Source: an uncultured delta proteobacterium
Lineage (GTDB): Bacteria; Myxococcota_A; Polyangia; Polyangiales; B10-G4
Direction of reading: 5' to 3'
NCBI GenBank assembly: GCA_963727445.1
Contig: CAVSGI010000021.1
Span: 192,001-256,000, forward strand
DNA length: 64,000 bases
Below the pieces are notes generated by a model. It was not told the origin of the DNA. It searched no databases and saw only the letters and a list, made by a program, of their open reading frames with translations. Shown in pieces: positions 1 through 9,453 of this stretch; position 1 is the stretch's first letter; the number at the start of each line of letters is the position of its first letter. The position numbers were made by a program, and so were the translations under genes.

Positions 1-132
1 CACGCCCTGGTCGAGGACCCGCCCCACCTTCGGATCGAGCGTGCCGAGGTCGCGTTCCAAGCAGCCAGCGAACGACAGACACAAAGCCAAGCTCGAGACG
101 CACGTCACCCAACGGATCGCCTGCTCACGCAT
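1..132 (-). CDS. Lipoprotein, N-terminal fragment (runs off window); possibly CglB-like/VWA family
   Basis: Not in ORF track. Minus strand reads MREQAIRWVTCVSSLALCLSFAGCLERDLGTLDPKVGRVLDQGV, with lipobox FAGC and SD GGAGGAG upstream. Confidence 0.7.
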   Translation of the reverse strand, partial: MREQAIRWVTCVSSLALCLSFAGCLERDLGTLDPKVGRVLDQGV

Positions 133-247
133 GATGATCTCCTCCCGCGAGCCGAGACCTCGCCAGCCAACGCGGCCGCCGGCCTCCGCTCGTCTACTTC
201 TCACGTGGGTCGACCGCCGACCCTTCGATTTCCACTCGGGGTGACAA

Positions 248-262
248 TCAACTCTCGTGCCG
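248..262 (-). promoter_or_regulatory. Possible sigma-54 promoter
   Basis: Minus strand CGGCACGAGAGTTGA: good -24 element, -12 is TTGA rather than TTGC; upstream of the 1..132 gene. Confidence 0.4.
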
Positions 263-359
263 GCTTCCTTTTCGGGGATTGTGGCCGTGCGTCGCCAACT
301 GCGGTTGGCGACCGCCGTCACTCTGGTTGGCGTCGGCGGACCCCTGGTACTCTCGTCTC

Positions 360-2972
360 GTGGGGTTGCGCTCGGTCGTCGTTTGGCTGCTGCTCTCGCT
401 CGTCGCATGCGCGGGCGAGGCGGCGCCCGACGAGGAGATTGGCAGAGCCCAGGCGGCCCTCGGCGAGCCGGTCGATGGCTTTCCGAGTTGGCAGGAGCGC
501 GTGGTTCACGTGTGGACGAATCGCGCACGCGCCGATCCGGCCGCGGACCTCGCGGGCTGCAGCTCCTGCGCCGAAGCCGGATGCTACACGCCGGTCGCGC
601 CGCTGGTCTGGGATCACAACCTCGGCCGCTCGGCGCGCTTCCACTCGGACAACCTCGTCCTCGGTGGATGCGGCCTGCAGCACGACTCGCCCTGCACGGT
701 GGTGAGCGACATCGATGCGCAGTACACGCCGGGCCCCTGCAACGGCGATCCTTCCTGCGGGTGCGCCGCCGGCTCCTTCATGTGCGGCTCGGTGGGGACC
801 ACCTGGTCCTCGCGCATCGCCCTGTTCGGCTCCTCGGCGCGGGCCGAGAACATCGCTCGCGGCTCGAGCAGTCCGGTCAGCACCTTCTATCAATGGCTCT
901 GGGAGCCGGACAGCAATCCCGCCTGCGGCTGGCGCACGACCAACGGCCACCGCGCCAACATCCTCGGCGGCTCGCGCTCCATCGGCGTCGGCAAGGCGGT
1001 GAGCGGCACCACCTGGACCCAGGACTTCGGCGGCAGCGGCACACCGAGCGGCATCGTCTCGGGCGTGCACTATCCCGAGACCGGCAGCAGCATCGAGTTC
1101 CGGGCCAACTGGTACGGGACGGCCGCGCCCGCGACGGCGATGGTCAGCGTCGAGGGCACCTGCGCGCCGCTCGCGCTCGAGCGCGGCAGCGAGACCAACG
1201 GCACCTACCTCGCCACCGCCAGCGTGGGCAGCGGCTGCACCCACTACTACTTCCACTTCACGGACGCGGGCGGGGCCGACGTCTTCTATCCGACCACCGG
1301 CTCCTTCGGCATCGGCTGTGCCGCCGACTGGAGCACCACCCGCCCCGCGCCTTGCGGCCCCTGCACCGCCGATTGCACCGGGCGCACCTGTGGGAGCGAT
1401 GGCTGTGGAGGCTCGTGCGGCACCTGCACCGGTGGGCAGAGCTGCAACGCCTCCGGCGCCTGCGTCTGCTCGGGCACGCTCTGCGGCGGCGTCTGCATCG
1501 ACACCGACACCGACCCGGCGAACTGCGGCGGCTGCGGGGTGACCTGCGCCGCGGGCGAGTTCTGCGCGGCCGGCGTCTGTCGATGCTCACCGGATTGCAG
1601 CGGCCGCACGTGTGGCGACGACGGCTGCGGAGGCTCCTGCGGCTCGTGCCCCAGCGAGCGCATGTGCAACGCGAGCGGCGCGTGCGTGTGCACGAGCGGG
1701 ACGGATTGCGGCGGCGCGTGCGTCGACACCATGACCGATCCGAACAACTGCGGCTCCTGCGGCACGCGCTGTCGTGGATCGACCCGGTTCTGCGTCGGAG
1801 GCACCTGCACCGCCGGATGCACCCCGGACTGTACGGGGCGCTCGTGCGGGAGCGACGGCTGCAGCGGCTCTTGCGGCGCCTGCCCCATGGGCCAGTCCTG
1901 CAACACGTCGGGCGCATGTGTCTGTCCGATGGGCACGACCGACTGCGGCGGCACCTGCGTCGACACCGCGACCGACCCCGCGAGCTGCGGGGCGTGCGGC
2001 ACGGCGTGCGGCATGGGCGAGAGCTGTGTCGCGGGGAGCTGCACGACGATGTGTGTCCCCGACTGCACCGGCAAAGCCTGCGGGAGCGACGGCTGCGGCG
2101 GCTCGTGCGGGACCTGCGCGTCGGGCCGGATGTGCGACACAGCGACCGGCGCATGCATGTGCAGTGGAGGCCTGTCCGATTGCGGCGGCACTTGCGTGGA
2201 CACCGACGTGAACCCCGCACACTGCGGCGGCTGCGGTAGCGCCTGTGCTGTCGGCGAGACCTGCGCCGGCGGAACGTGCAGCTGCGTCCCGAGCTGTGGT
2301 GGGAGGAGCTGCGGCGGTGACGGGTGCGGCGGAACGTGCGGGACCTGCGCCTCCGGGCGGGTGTGCACCGGCGGCAGCTGCGATTGCAGCGCGAGCGCCA
2401 CCGACTGCGGCGGCACCTGCACCGACGTGCGCGTCGACGTGATGAACTGTGGCAGCTGCGGCACCGCCTGCGCCGCCGGTGAGTCCTGCGTTGCGGGGGC
2501 GTGCACGACGGACATGCCGGATGCGGGCTGCACCCCGGCGTGTGCGGGTCGAGACTGCGGCGACGACACCTGCGGCGGTAGCTGCGGCGACTGCGCGAGC
2601 GATCGGCTCTGCGCCTCGGGCGGCGTCTGCGCTTGTAACGCGGAGCTGACGGAGTGCGGCGGCATCTGCGTCGACACGCGGGTGGACAGCCTGCACTGCG
2701 GCGCGTGCGACGCGCCCTGCGGCGCGGGGCTGCGCTGCGTGGGCGGGGTCTGCGACGGGATGCCGACGGCGATGCCGGATGGCGGCACGGCCGATGGCGG
2801 GGTTTTGAGCGACGGCGGCTCGACTCCACGCGACAGCGCGACCGGCGACGGCGGCGCGCTCGAGCCCATCACGGGCGGCTGCGGCTGCTCCTCCGTGCGC
2901 GCCGGTGCGCCCATCGAAGGCGCGCTCTGGCTCATCTTCGGCCTCCTCGCGTTCCTCCGCCGCCGAGGCTGA
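360..2972 (+). CDS. CAP/SCP-domain surface protein with Cys-rich repeat stalk and MYXO-CTERM tail
   Basis: CAP motifs TNRARA, LGRSARFHS, AENIARG, GHRANIL, WTQDFG. Lipobox LVAC. Ends GGCGCSS...LWLIFGLLAFLRRRG. GTG 360 chosen as start. Confidence 0.85.
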   Translation: MGLRSVVVWLLLSLVACAGEAAPDEEIGRAQAALGEPVDGFPSWQERVVHVWTNRARADPAADLAGCSSCAEAGCYTPVAPLVWDHNLGRSARFHSDNLVLGGCGLQHDSPCTVVSDIDAQYTPGPCNGDPSCGCAAGSFMCGSVGTTWSSRIALFGSSARAENIARGSSSPVSTFYQWLWEPDSNPACGWRTTNGHRANILGGSRSIGVGKAVSGTTWTQDFGGSGTPSGIVSGVHYPETGSSIEFRANWYGTAAPATAMVSVEGTCAPLALERGSETNGTYLATASVGSGCTHYYFHFTDAGGADVFYPTTGSFGIGCAADWSTTRPAPCGPCTADCTGRTCGSDGCGGSCGTCTGGQSCNASGACVCSGTLCGGVCIDTDTDPANCGGCGVTCAAGEFCAAGVCRCSPDCSGRTCGDDGCGGSCGSCPSERMCNASGACVCTSGTDCGGACVDTMTDPNNCGSCGTRCRGSTRFCVGGTCTAGCTPDCTGRSCGSDGCSGSCGACPMGQSCNTSGACVCPMGTTDCGGTCVDTATDPASCGACGTACGMGESCVAGSCTTMCVPDCTGKACGSDGCGGSCGTCASGRMCDTATGACMCSGGLSDCGGTCVDTDVNPAHCGGCGSACAVGETCAGGTCSCVPSCGGRSCGGDGCGGTCGTCASGRVCTGGSCDCSASATDCGGTCTDVRVDVMNCGSCGTACAAGESCVAGACTTDMPDAGCTPACAGRDCGDDTCGGSCGDCASDRLCASGGVCACNAELTECGGICVDTRVDSLHCGACDAPCGAGLRCVGGVCDGMPTAMPDGGTADGGVLSDGGSTPRDSATGDGGALEPITGGCGCSSVRAGAPIEGALWLIFGLLAFLRRRG
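1362..2757 (+). repeat. Six tandem ~75-aa Cys-rich units (A: CxPDCxGRxCGxDGCGGSCGxC; B: CGGxCVDTxxDPxNCGxCGxxC)
   Basis: Six A and six B modules alternate strictly in the translation. Confidence 0.9.
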
Positions 2973-3075
2973 GCGGTCCCCAAAGATCCTCCCGAAGCCG
3001 AGAAACCGACCCCGTCCCCACAGGATCGCAAAAAGTTGCGGACCTCGGGGGTGAATGGTGCGAAAAAGGTGCGAG

Positions 3076-4437
3076 ATGGGTGCGCGCGTTCTGGTGGTCG
3101 ATGACGAGGAGAACATCCGGCTGGTTCTCCGGACGCTGCTCAAGAAGCACGGCTATCAGGTGGAGGTGGCGAAGAGCGCCGAGGACGCCCTCGAGCGGCT
3201 CGACCCATTCGATCCCGACTTCGTCCTCGCGGACGTGCGCATGGGCGGGATGAGCGGGATCGAGCTGACGGGTGAGCTCTCGGCGCGCGCCCATCGCGCG
3301 ACGGTGATCGTGATGAGCGCCTACGGCTCGGTGGACCTGGCGATCGAAGCGATGAAAGCCGGCGCCTACGACTACGTCTCGAAACCCTTCAAGCAAGACG
3401 AGATCCTCCTGTCGCTGCGGAAGGCGGAGGAGCGCGAGGATCTGCGGCGCGAGAACCGGGCGCTGAAAGCCGCCGCGCGCAAGACACACGAGCTCGACGA
3501 GATGCTCGGCAAGAGCGAGGCGATGCAGCGCGTCTTCGCGGTCATCAAGAAGGCGGCCGAGTACAAGACGACGATCCTGGTGCAGGGCGAGAGCGGCACG
3601 GGCAAGGAGCTCGTCGCCCGCGCGCTCCATCGCCTCTCGCCGCGCAAGGACCAGACCTTCGTCGCCGTGAACTGCGGCGCCATCCCGGAGTCGCTCCTCG
3701 AGAGCGAGCTCTTCGGCCACAAGCGCGGCGCCTTCACCGACGCGAGCACCGACAAGCGCGGGCTCTTCGAGGAGGCCGACGGCGGCACGCTCTTCCTCGA
3801 CGAGATCGGCGAGCTCCCGCTCTCGCTTCAGGTGAAGCTCCTGCGAGTCCTACAGGAAGGGACGCTGCGCCGTCTCGGCGAGAACAAGGACCGGGAGGTC
3901 GACGTCCGCGTGATCGCCGCCACGGTGCGCGACCTGGAAACGGAGGTCGCGGAGGGGCGCTTTCGCGAAGATCTCTACTATCGCCTCAACGTCCTGCAGA
4001 TCCGCGTTCCACCGCTCCGCGAGCGCGGGGACGACGTGCCGCTGCTCCTCGAGCACTTCATCGAGCGCTGCAACGAAAAGCTCGGCACGCGGATCCGCGG
4101 CGTCGACGCTGCGGCCAAGAAGGCCCTGGTCGGCTACGCCTTCCCGGGCAACGTGCGCGAGCTCGAGAACATGATCGAGCGCGCCGTGGTCCTCTCGGAG
4201 GGCGAGACCATCACCTCGGAGGATCTCCCCGACCGCGTTCACGCGGCGAACGATCCCATCCGCACCATGCTCGAGAGCGGCGAGCTCTCCATCAAGAAGA
4301 CCGCCCGCTTCATGGAGGAGACCCTCATCCGCAAGGCCCTCGACGAGACCGGCGGCAACCGCACCGCCGCCGCCAAGCTCCTCGAGATCTCGCACCGAGC
4401 CTTGCTCTACAAGATCAAGGACTACGGGATCACGTAG
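3076..4437 (+). CDS. Sigma-54-dependent response regulator (REC-AAA+-Fis HTH, NtrC/AtoC family)
   Basis: VLVVDDE receiver, [41 protein letters not shown]-terminal HTH. Confidence 0.95.
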   Translation: MGARVLVVDDEENIRLVLRTLLKKHGYQVEVAKSAEDALERLDPFDPDFVLADVRMGGMSGIELTGELSARAHRATVIVMSAYGSVDLAIEAMKAGAYDYVSKPFKQDEILLSLRKAEEREDLRRENRALKAAARKTHELDEMLGKSEAMQRVFAVIKKAAEYKTTILVQGESGTGKELVARALHRLSPRKDQTFVAVNCGAIPESLLESELFGHKRGAFTDASTDKRGLFEEADGGTLFLDEIGELPLSLQVKLLRVLQEGTLRRLGENKDREVDVRVIAATVRDLETEVAEGRFREDLYYRLNVLQIRVPPLRERGDDVPLLLEHFIERCNEKLGTRIRGVDAAAKKALVGYAFPGNVRELENMIERAVVLSEGETITSEDLPDRVHAANDPIRTMLESGELSIKKTARFMEETLIRKALDETGGNRTAAAKLLEISHRALLYKIKDYGIT

Positions 4438-4440
4438 AGC

Positions 4441-4523
4441 CGGCCGAAGGCCGCGACCCGGCGCCGTAGCCGCCGAGCGGGGAGGTCGACCTCTCGCACG
4501 TGTCGACCCGGGGCGAAGCCCCT
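4441..4523. terminator. Hairpin cluster between convergent genes (terminator/REP-like)
   Basis: CGGCC-GAA-GGCCG and GGGGC-GAA-GCCCC stems. Confidence 0.4.
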
Positions 4524-4535
4524 CACCAAAACCAT

Positions 4536-5033
4536 TCACGCGAAGCGCACGAGGACCATGTCGCCTTCGACCGTCTGTCCTTCGCTCACCTCGATCGCCT
4601 GGACCCTGCCGTCGGCGCTGGCGCGAAGCTCGTTCTCCATCTTCATGGCTTCCACCACGATGATGGGCTGCTCGGCGGTGACCTCTTCGCCCTCGGTGAC
4701 CAGGATCTTCACGACGCGCCCCGGCATCGGTGCGCGGATCTCCTTGCCGCCCCCGCCCACGGCGCCGCGCCGCGCGCGCCTCGAGCGGGCCCGCTCGCTC
4801 TCCACCTCGGCGATCGCGCGCCGCGCGCCCGCGGCCACCTGTTTGGCTTCGGCGCGGCCGCCGGCGACCAGGTCGAAGACCTTGCCCCCGATGCGCAGGC
4901 TCACGCCGCCTGGGATCCGCACGGCGTCGACCGGGACCGGCGCGCCGTCCATGGAGACGTCGACGGTACCCGCGTCGGTGATCTGGACGTCGATCGCCCG
5001 CTCCGTACCGTCGATGGTCACCAAATAGCGCAT
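4536..5033 (-). CDS. Biotin carboxyl carrier (biotinyl-domain) protein of an acyl-CoA carboxylase
   Basis: IRAPMPGRVV and EAMKMENE biotinylation motif. Confidence 0.93.
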   Translation of the reverse strand: MRYLVTIDGTERAIDVQITDAGTVDVSMDGAPVPVDAVRIPGGVSLRIGGKVFDLVAGGRAEAKQVAAGARRAIAEVESERARSRRARRGAVGGGGKEIRAPMPGRVVKILVTEGEEVTAEQPIIVVEAMKMENELRASADGRVQAIEVSEGQTVEGDMVLVRFA

Positions 5034-5112
5034 GTCGCGGGGTCTTTAGCGGTTGATCCCCATATCTCGCAACGAAATACCGCCAGAGCTGCGTTCGTAG
5101 CACAGTGAGAGA

Positions 5113-5856
5113 ATGGTCGAGGCCGGCACCGAGCAGAGCCCGCGAAAGACGAGCAAAGCCCTCTGGAAGAAGGCGCTCGAACGGCGGGGTCCACTCACGA
5201 GCCTGGTCCTGACCATCCCCGTCTTCCTCGCCTACCACCTCGGCATCCTCTTCATCGACCTGCGAAACGGGGTCGACCTCGTCACCGACCTGACCTTCCG
5301 CCTCCTCGAGCAGAGCACCGGCGCCTACATCGGGGTCACCCTCGGCTTCGCGGCGCTCCTGGTCGGCGCGGTCGTGCTCTTCCGCCGCAAGGACGACCGC
5401 TTCAATCCGCGCGAGATCCTGCCGGTGCTCGGTGAGAGCGCGCTCCTCGCCGTGGGCATGCTCCTTCTGGTCGGCTGGGCCACCCAGCACATCTTCGATG
5501 CCCAGACCGGCGGCGAGTCGATGGGCTTCTTCGATCGCCTGGTGATGGCTTGCGGCGCCGGCTTTCACGAGGAGATCGTCTTCCGCGTGATCCTCTTCGG
5601 GGGCGGCGCCTTCGTGCTGCGCCGCTTTCCCCTGGTGGGCGACCTGACGGCGTTCGTCGTCGCGGCCCTCGTGAGCTCGGTGATCTTCAGCATCGTGCAC
5701 TACGTCGGAAGCCTGGGCGACAGCTTCACGCTGGTGAGCTTCGTCTTCCGCATCATCGCCGGCCTCTATCTGGTCGCGGTCTACAAGCTCCGGGGCTTCG
5801 CGGTCGCCGTCTACACCCACACCTTCTACGACCTCCTCGTTTTCTTCATCGTCTGA
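5113..5856 (+). CDS. CPBP family (CAAX type II/Abi) glutamic intramembrane protease
   Basis: Multiple TM segments; motifs HEEIVFR, FSIVHY, HTFYD. Confidence 0.88.
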   Translation: MVEAGTEQSPRKTSKALWKKALERRGPLTSLVLTIPVFLAYHLGILFIDLRNGVDLVTDLTFRLLEQSTGAYIGVTLGFAALLVGAVVLFRRKDDRFNPREILPVLGESALLAVGMLLLVGWATQHIFDAQTGGESMGFFDRLVMACGAGFHEEIVFRVILFGGGAFVLRRFPLVGDLTAFVVAALVSSVIFSIVHYVGSLGDSFTLVSFVFRIIAGLYLVAVYKLRGFAVAVYTHTFYDLLVFFIV

Positions 5857-5875
5857 GAACGGCTAGTCTCCGCCG

Positions 5876-7347
5876 GTGCGCTTCGCGCTCGCGCTCCTGC
5901 TGATCTCAGTCTCGCTGGTCGCGCCCGCCCAGGCCCAGGCCGAGGACTGGCTCGCGCTCTACCCGGAGTGCGGCTTCGGTCCCGAAGCGCGCGCCCTCGG
6001 GCGCATGGCGATCCTCTACCCGCGCCCTGGCCTGCCGGCGGTGGTGCGCGCCGGAGAGCGACTCGTGACGCGGGTGCGCGTGCCCTCCGGTCTGACGCCG
6101 CCCCCGGGCGTGCAGAAGGATCGCGCCCTGCTCGGCTGGTCCGCGGAGCTCGTCGGCCAGAGCATCGCCCTCGGCAGCGGCGGCGAACACGCCTACGAGA
6201 CGCGCGTCGTCGACGTGCGTCCGGATGGACAATCGACCCTCGTCTATCGCGCGTCGATCGAAGTGCCGCGCTGGGCGGCGCCCGGGACCTACGGCTTGCG
6301 CCTGAGCGCGCCCGGAGGCAACGACGCCGTGGCGGGAGCCGTGCGCATCGTGGCGCCAGACGCCCCGCTTCGCCTCACGCGCCTCGGGGTCGACATCGTG
6401 CCGGACGACGAGGAGGCGGCGCGGCGCGCTCTGTCGGCCCTCGCGACCGCGCCGGTGGACGTGGTGGTGGCGCACAGCGAAAGCCTGCGCGCGATCCTCG
6501 AGAGCGCGCGCCCGGCTGCGGCCTTGCCCGCCTTGCTCCTCGTCGACGAGGAGGCGCCGATCGTGCTGCGCGGCGACGACGCCGCGCTCCTCGTCTTCGG
6601 TGAATGCGACGACCGCTACGCGCCCTTCGAGATGCAGCTCGAAGGGCTGGCCAGGCGCGAGGAGCGAACGCCGAGGCCCTTCGTCGATCTCGAGACGTCG
6701 CTCGATGCCGTGACGCCGGCGATGCTCGCCGCCCCGACGATCACGGCCGAGGGCGAGACGCTCAGCATCGCGGCGGGCGAGGCGCCGATCGAGCTCGGGG
6801 TGCGCTACGCCGACGACGGGCGCGCGGTGCGCGTCACGGGCGGCGCCCACGCCTTCTACCCGGCGGTCACCATCCCCATGACGGGCCAGGTGCGCACCCT
6901 CGTGCTCCGGCTGCGCCTCGACGCGGGCGAGACCGCCACCCTCGCGCGCGCGGCGGCGCGCTCGCCCGTCTCCCTGCCGGCGCTCCACCTCGAGCCCCAA
7001 AAGCCGCGGAGCGGGGACGAGATCCATCTGCACGTCGACGATGAGGGCCTCGCCCTGGTGGCGTGGCGCCTCGAGGAGGACGTCACCCTGGTCGGTCCCG
7101 ACGTCCGCCACACCTATCGCCCCGTGGGCGAAGAGCAGGTCCATCTCTTCGTGATCACGGACGAAGGCGTGGGGGCCGAGCGAACCGAGCGCTTCATCAT
7201 CGAGACCCGCGAGGTCCGGGGCTGCGGCTGCGGCGCGTCCGGAGAGGGGGGGGCGGGCCGCGGTGGGCCGATCTTTGGCTGATCGCCCTGGTTTTGCTAA
7301 AAGTGGGCTGTCGCGGCAGGAATAGAAGAACCCCGCGGCTCCGTTGA
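5876..7347 (+). CDS. Secreted protein with probable MYXO-CTERM tail, frameshifted at G8 tract (as read it stops at 7282)
   Basis: Signal peptide ending AQAQA; GCGCGASG then G8 at 7246-7253; the shifted frame continues GGPRWADLWLIALVLLKVGCRGRNRRTPRLR*. Confidence 0.7.
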
Positions 7348-7356
7348 GGCTTTTCG

Positions 7357-7842
7357 ATGCAGAGACTCCATCTTGCGTTCTTGGCTCTGTTGGCGCTGTC
7401 GGGGGCAACCCAGGGCTGCGCCCGAGACGTGATCCCGAACACCGACGTGGAGGACACCTCCGACAACCGCGACGTCCTCGAGTTCTGCGAGCGCTATCGC
7501 CTGGCCGTCGAAGAGCGGAACGTCCCCGCCCTGATGCACCTGGCCTCCGAGCGCTACTACGACGACAACGGCACCCCCAGCGGCCTCGACGACGTCGACT
7601 ACGACGGGCTCGCGGAGAAGCTGAACGCCTGGCGCGAGGGGGTCCTCGACGTGCGCTACGAGATCCGCTACCGACGCGTGACCTTCCATCGCGAGCGGGT
7701 GCTGGTGGACTACACCTACACCGGCTCGTTCCGGGTCCGGGCCCCCAGCGGCGAGCGCTGGGCCCGACGCCTCGCCGACAACCGCCTGATCATCCATCGG
7801 GAAGGCGAAGGCGAGGAATTCCGGATCCTCTCCGGCATGTGA
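7357..7842 (+). CDS. Lipoprotein, NTF2-like fold probable
   Basis: Signal peptide with TQGC lipobox; helix-then-strand pattern; typical codon usage. Confidence 0.75.
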   Translation: MQRLHLAFLALLALSGATQGCARDVIPNTDVEDTSDNRDVLEFCERYRLAVEERNVPALMHLASERYYDDNGTPSGLDDVDYDGLAEKLNAWREGVLDVRYEIRYRRVTFHRERVLVDYTYTGSFRVRAPSGERWARRLADNRLIIHREGEGEEFRILSGM

Positions 7843-7848
7843 TCACTG

Positions 7849-7878
7849 TTGATGGGGGGTCGCGGAAGGGGGTACCCT
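7849..7878 (+). promoter_or_regulatory. Possible sigma-70 promoter
   Basis: TTGATG-N18-TACCCT upstream of the 7933 gene. Confidence 0.4.
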
Positions 7879-7897
7879 CTAGGGCCCCCTGCGGCTG

Positions 7898-7924
7898 TGG
7901 CATTACGGTAATTCTGTAATGCCA
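7898..7924. promoter_or_regulatory. AT-rich inverted repeat (operator or 5' UTR hairpin)
   Basis: TGGCATTAC-N9-GTAATGCCA immediately before RBS GAGGT. Confidence 0.55.
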
Positions 7925-7932
7925 GAGGTTAC

Positions 7933-9384
7933 ATGGCGACCGGCCCTGGTAAGAAGCGACAGCTCGGTAAGATCCTGCTGAAGCAGAAGCTCGTGACGCA
8001 GGAAGAGCTGAGCGACCTCCTGGATACCCAGAAGGCCGAGGGAGGCAGGCTCGCGTCCACCGCGGTGTCGAGCGGCAAGGTCAAGGAGGTCGATCTCCTC
8101 AAGGCCCTCAGCGAGCAGCACGGTCTGCCGGGGATCGATCTCGCGCAGGTCGTGGTCCCCCTTTCGAACCTCGAGCTGATCCCACCGGAGATCGCCAAGC
8201 AGCATCTCATCCTCCCGATCCTGGTGAAGGAGGATCGCATCTTCCTCGCCATGGCCGACCCAGGGGACAAGCGGGTCATCGACGAGATCGAGTTCGTGAC
8301 CGGGCGGCGCGTCTTTCCGTACATCGCCCTGCACGACTCGCTGAAGAAGGTCATCACCGACGCCTACGGCCGGCTCGAGCGCGGCGAGCCCTACTGGGTC
8401 GGTCCGAACGTTCCCGCCGACTACCTGAAGTCGATCGGTCTCGATGGAAAGACCAAGGCCGATCCCCGACCTGGGGACGAGGGTGGGGTGGTCGTCGATC
8501 GGGAGATCGAACAGCGCCTCGAGGACGAGCTCGGCATCGCGGAGCTGGCGAAGAATCGCGGTCAGGGCTTGGACTTCCTCGAGACCACCAACCTCGAGCC
8601 CATCCCCAAACGCGACAAGCCCACCATCCTGGTGGTGGACGACGAAGAGGACATCCGCCGTCTGCTCCGCCGCGTGCTCTCGGAGAACAACTACGAGGTG
8701 ATCGAGGCCGAAAAGGGGCTCGAAGCGCTCCAGTCGGTGCGGGCGCAGGTCCCGGATCTGATCCTCCTCGACGCGATGCTCCCCGAGGTGCACGGCTTCG
8801 ACATCTGTCGCCGCATCAAGGGCAGCAAGCGCTACGGGCACATCCCGATCATCATGGTGAGCGCCATCTATCGCGGCTGGCGTTTCGCCGAGGACCTGAA
8901 GACCTCATACGGGGTCGAGGCTTTTCTCGAGAAGCCGTTCAAGATCGGCGACGTCCTGACGCTGGTGGAGCGTGCCCTCGCCGGACGCAAGAGCGACATG
9001 CCCGTGCCGGAGGACGACGAGCTGTCACGCGAGGCCAGCGAATCGCTGAGCCAGGGCATCGAGGCGTTCAAGGGCGGCGACATCGACACCGCCATCGAGC
9101 ATCTGAGGCGCGGCATCAACGTCAATCCGCTCTCCTTCAAGCTCCACTACCACCTCGGGCTCCTCTACGGGCGGCGAGAGGACACCTTCGAGGCCATCCA
9201 CGAGCTCGAGACCTCGGTGGATCTGCAGCCCAAGCATTTCTCGGCGCTCAAGAATCTCGCCGTGCTCTATCAGCGCGCGGGCTTCAAACACAAGGCGATC
9301 GAGATGTGGGAGCGGGCCCTGGGCAACGCTCCGGACGACGAAACCAAACAAGGAATCAAAGAACATCTGATGGGATTGCTCTAA
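7933..9384 (+). CDS. MshEN/T2SSE_N domain + receiver + TPR protein
   Basis: N-terminal QLGKILLKQKLV...LAMADP (GspE/PilB N-domain); REC ILVVDDE/LLDAMLP/EKPF; C-terminal TPR helices. Confidence 0.88.
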   Translation: MATGPGKKRQLGKILLKQKLVTQEELSDLLDTQKAEGGRLASTAVSSGKVKEVDLLKALSEQHGLPGIDLAQVVVPLSNLELIPPEIAKQHLILPILVKEDRIFLAMADPGDKRVIDEIEFVTGRRVFPYIALHDSLKKVITDAYGRLERGEPYWVGPNVPADYLKSIGLDGKTKADPRPGDEGGVVVDREIEQRLEDELGIAELAKNRGQGLDFLETTNLEPIPKRDKPTILVVDDEEDIRRLLRRVLSENNYEVIEAEKGLEALQSVRAQVPDLILLDAMLPEVHGFDICRRIKGSKRYGHIPIIMVSAIYRGWRFAEDLKTSYGVEAFLEKPFKIGDVLTLVERALAGRKSDMPVPEDDELSREASESLSQGIEAFKGGDIDTAIEHLRRGINVNPLSFKLHYHLGLLYGRREDTFEAIHELETSVDLQPKHFSALKNLAVLYQRAGFKHKAIEMWERALGNAPDDETKQGIKEHLMGLL

Positions 9385-9453
9385 GCTTCCGTGGGCTTCG
9401 AGGCCGTTTCGGCCCGGACCCCGATTGCGGTACCATCAGGACCCCTTTTCCCG

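Noticed and set aside
1362..2757. Periodic repeats as a CRISPR array or RiPP precursor
   Set aside because: Repeats are in-frame, degenerate at third codon positions and lie inside a CDS; no cas genes.
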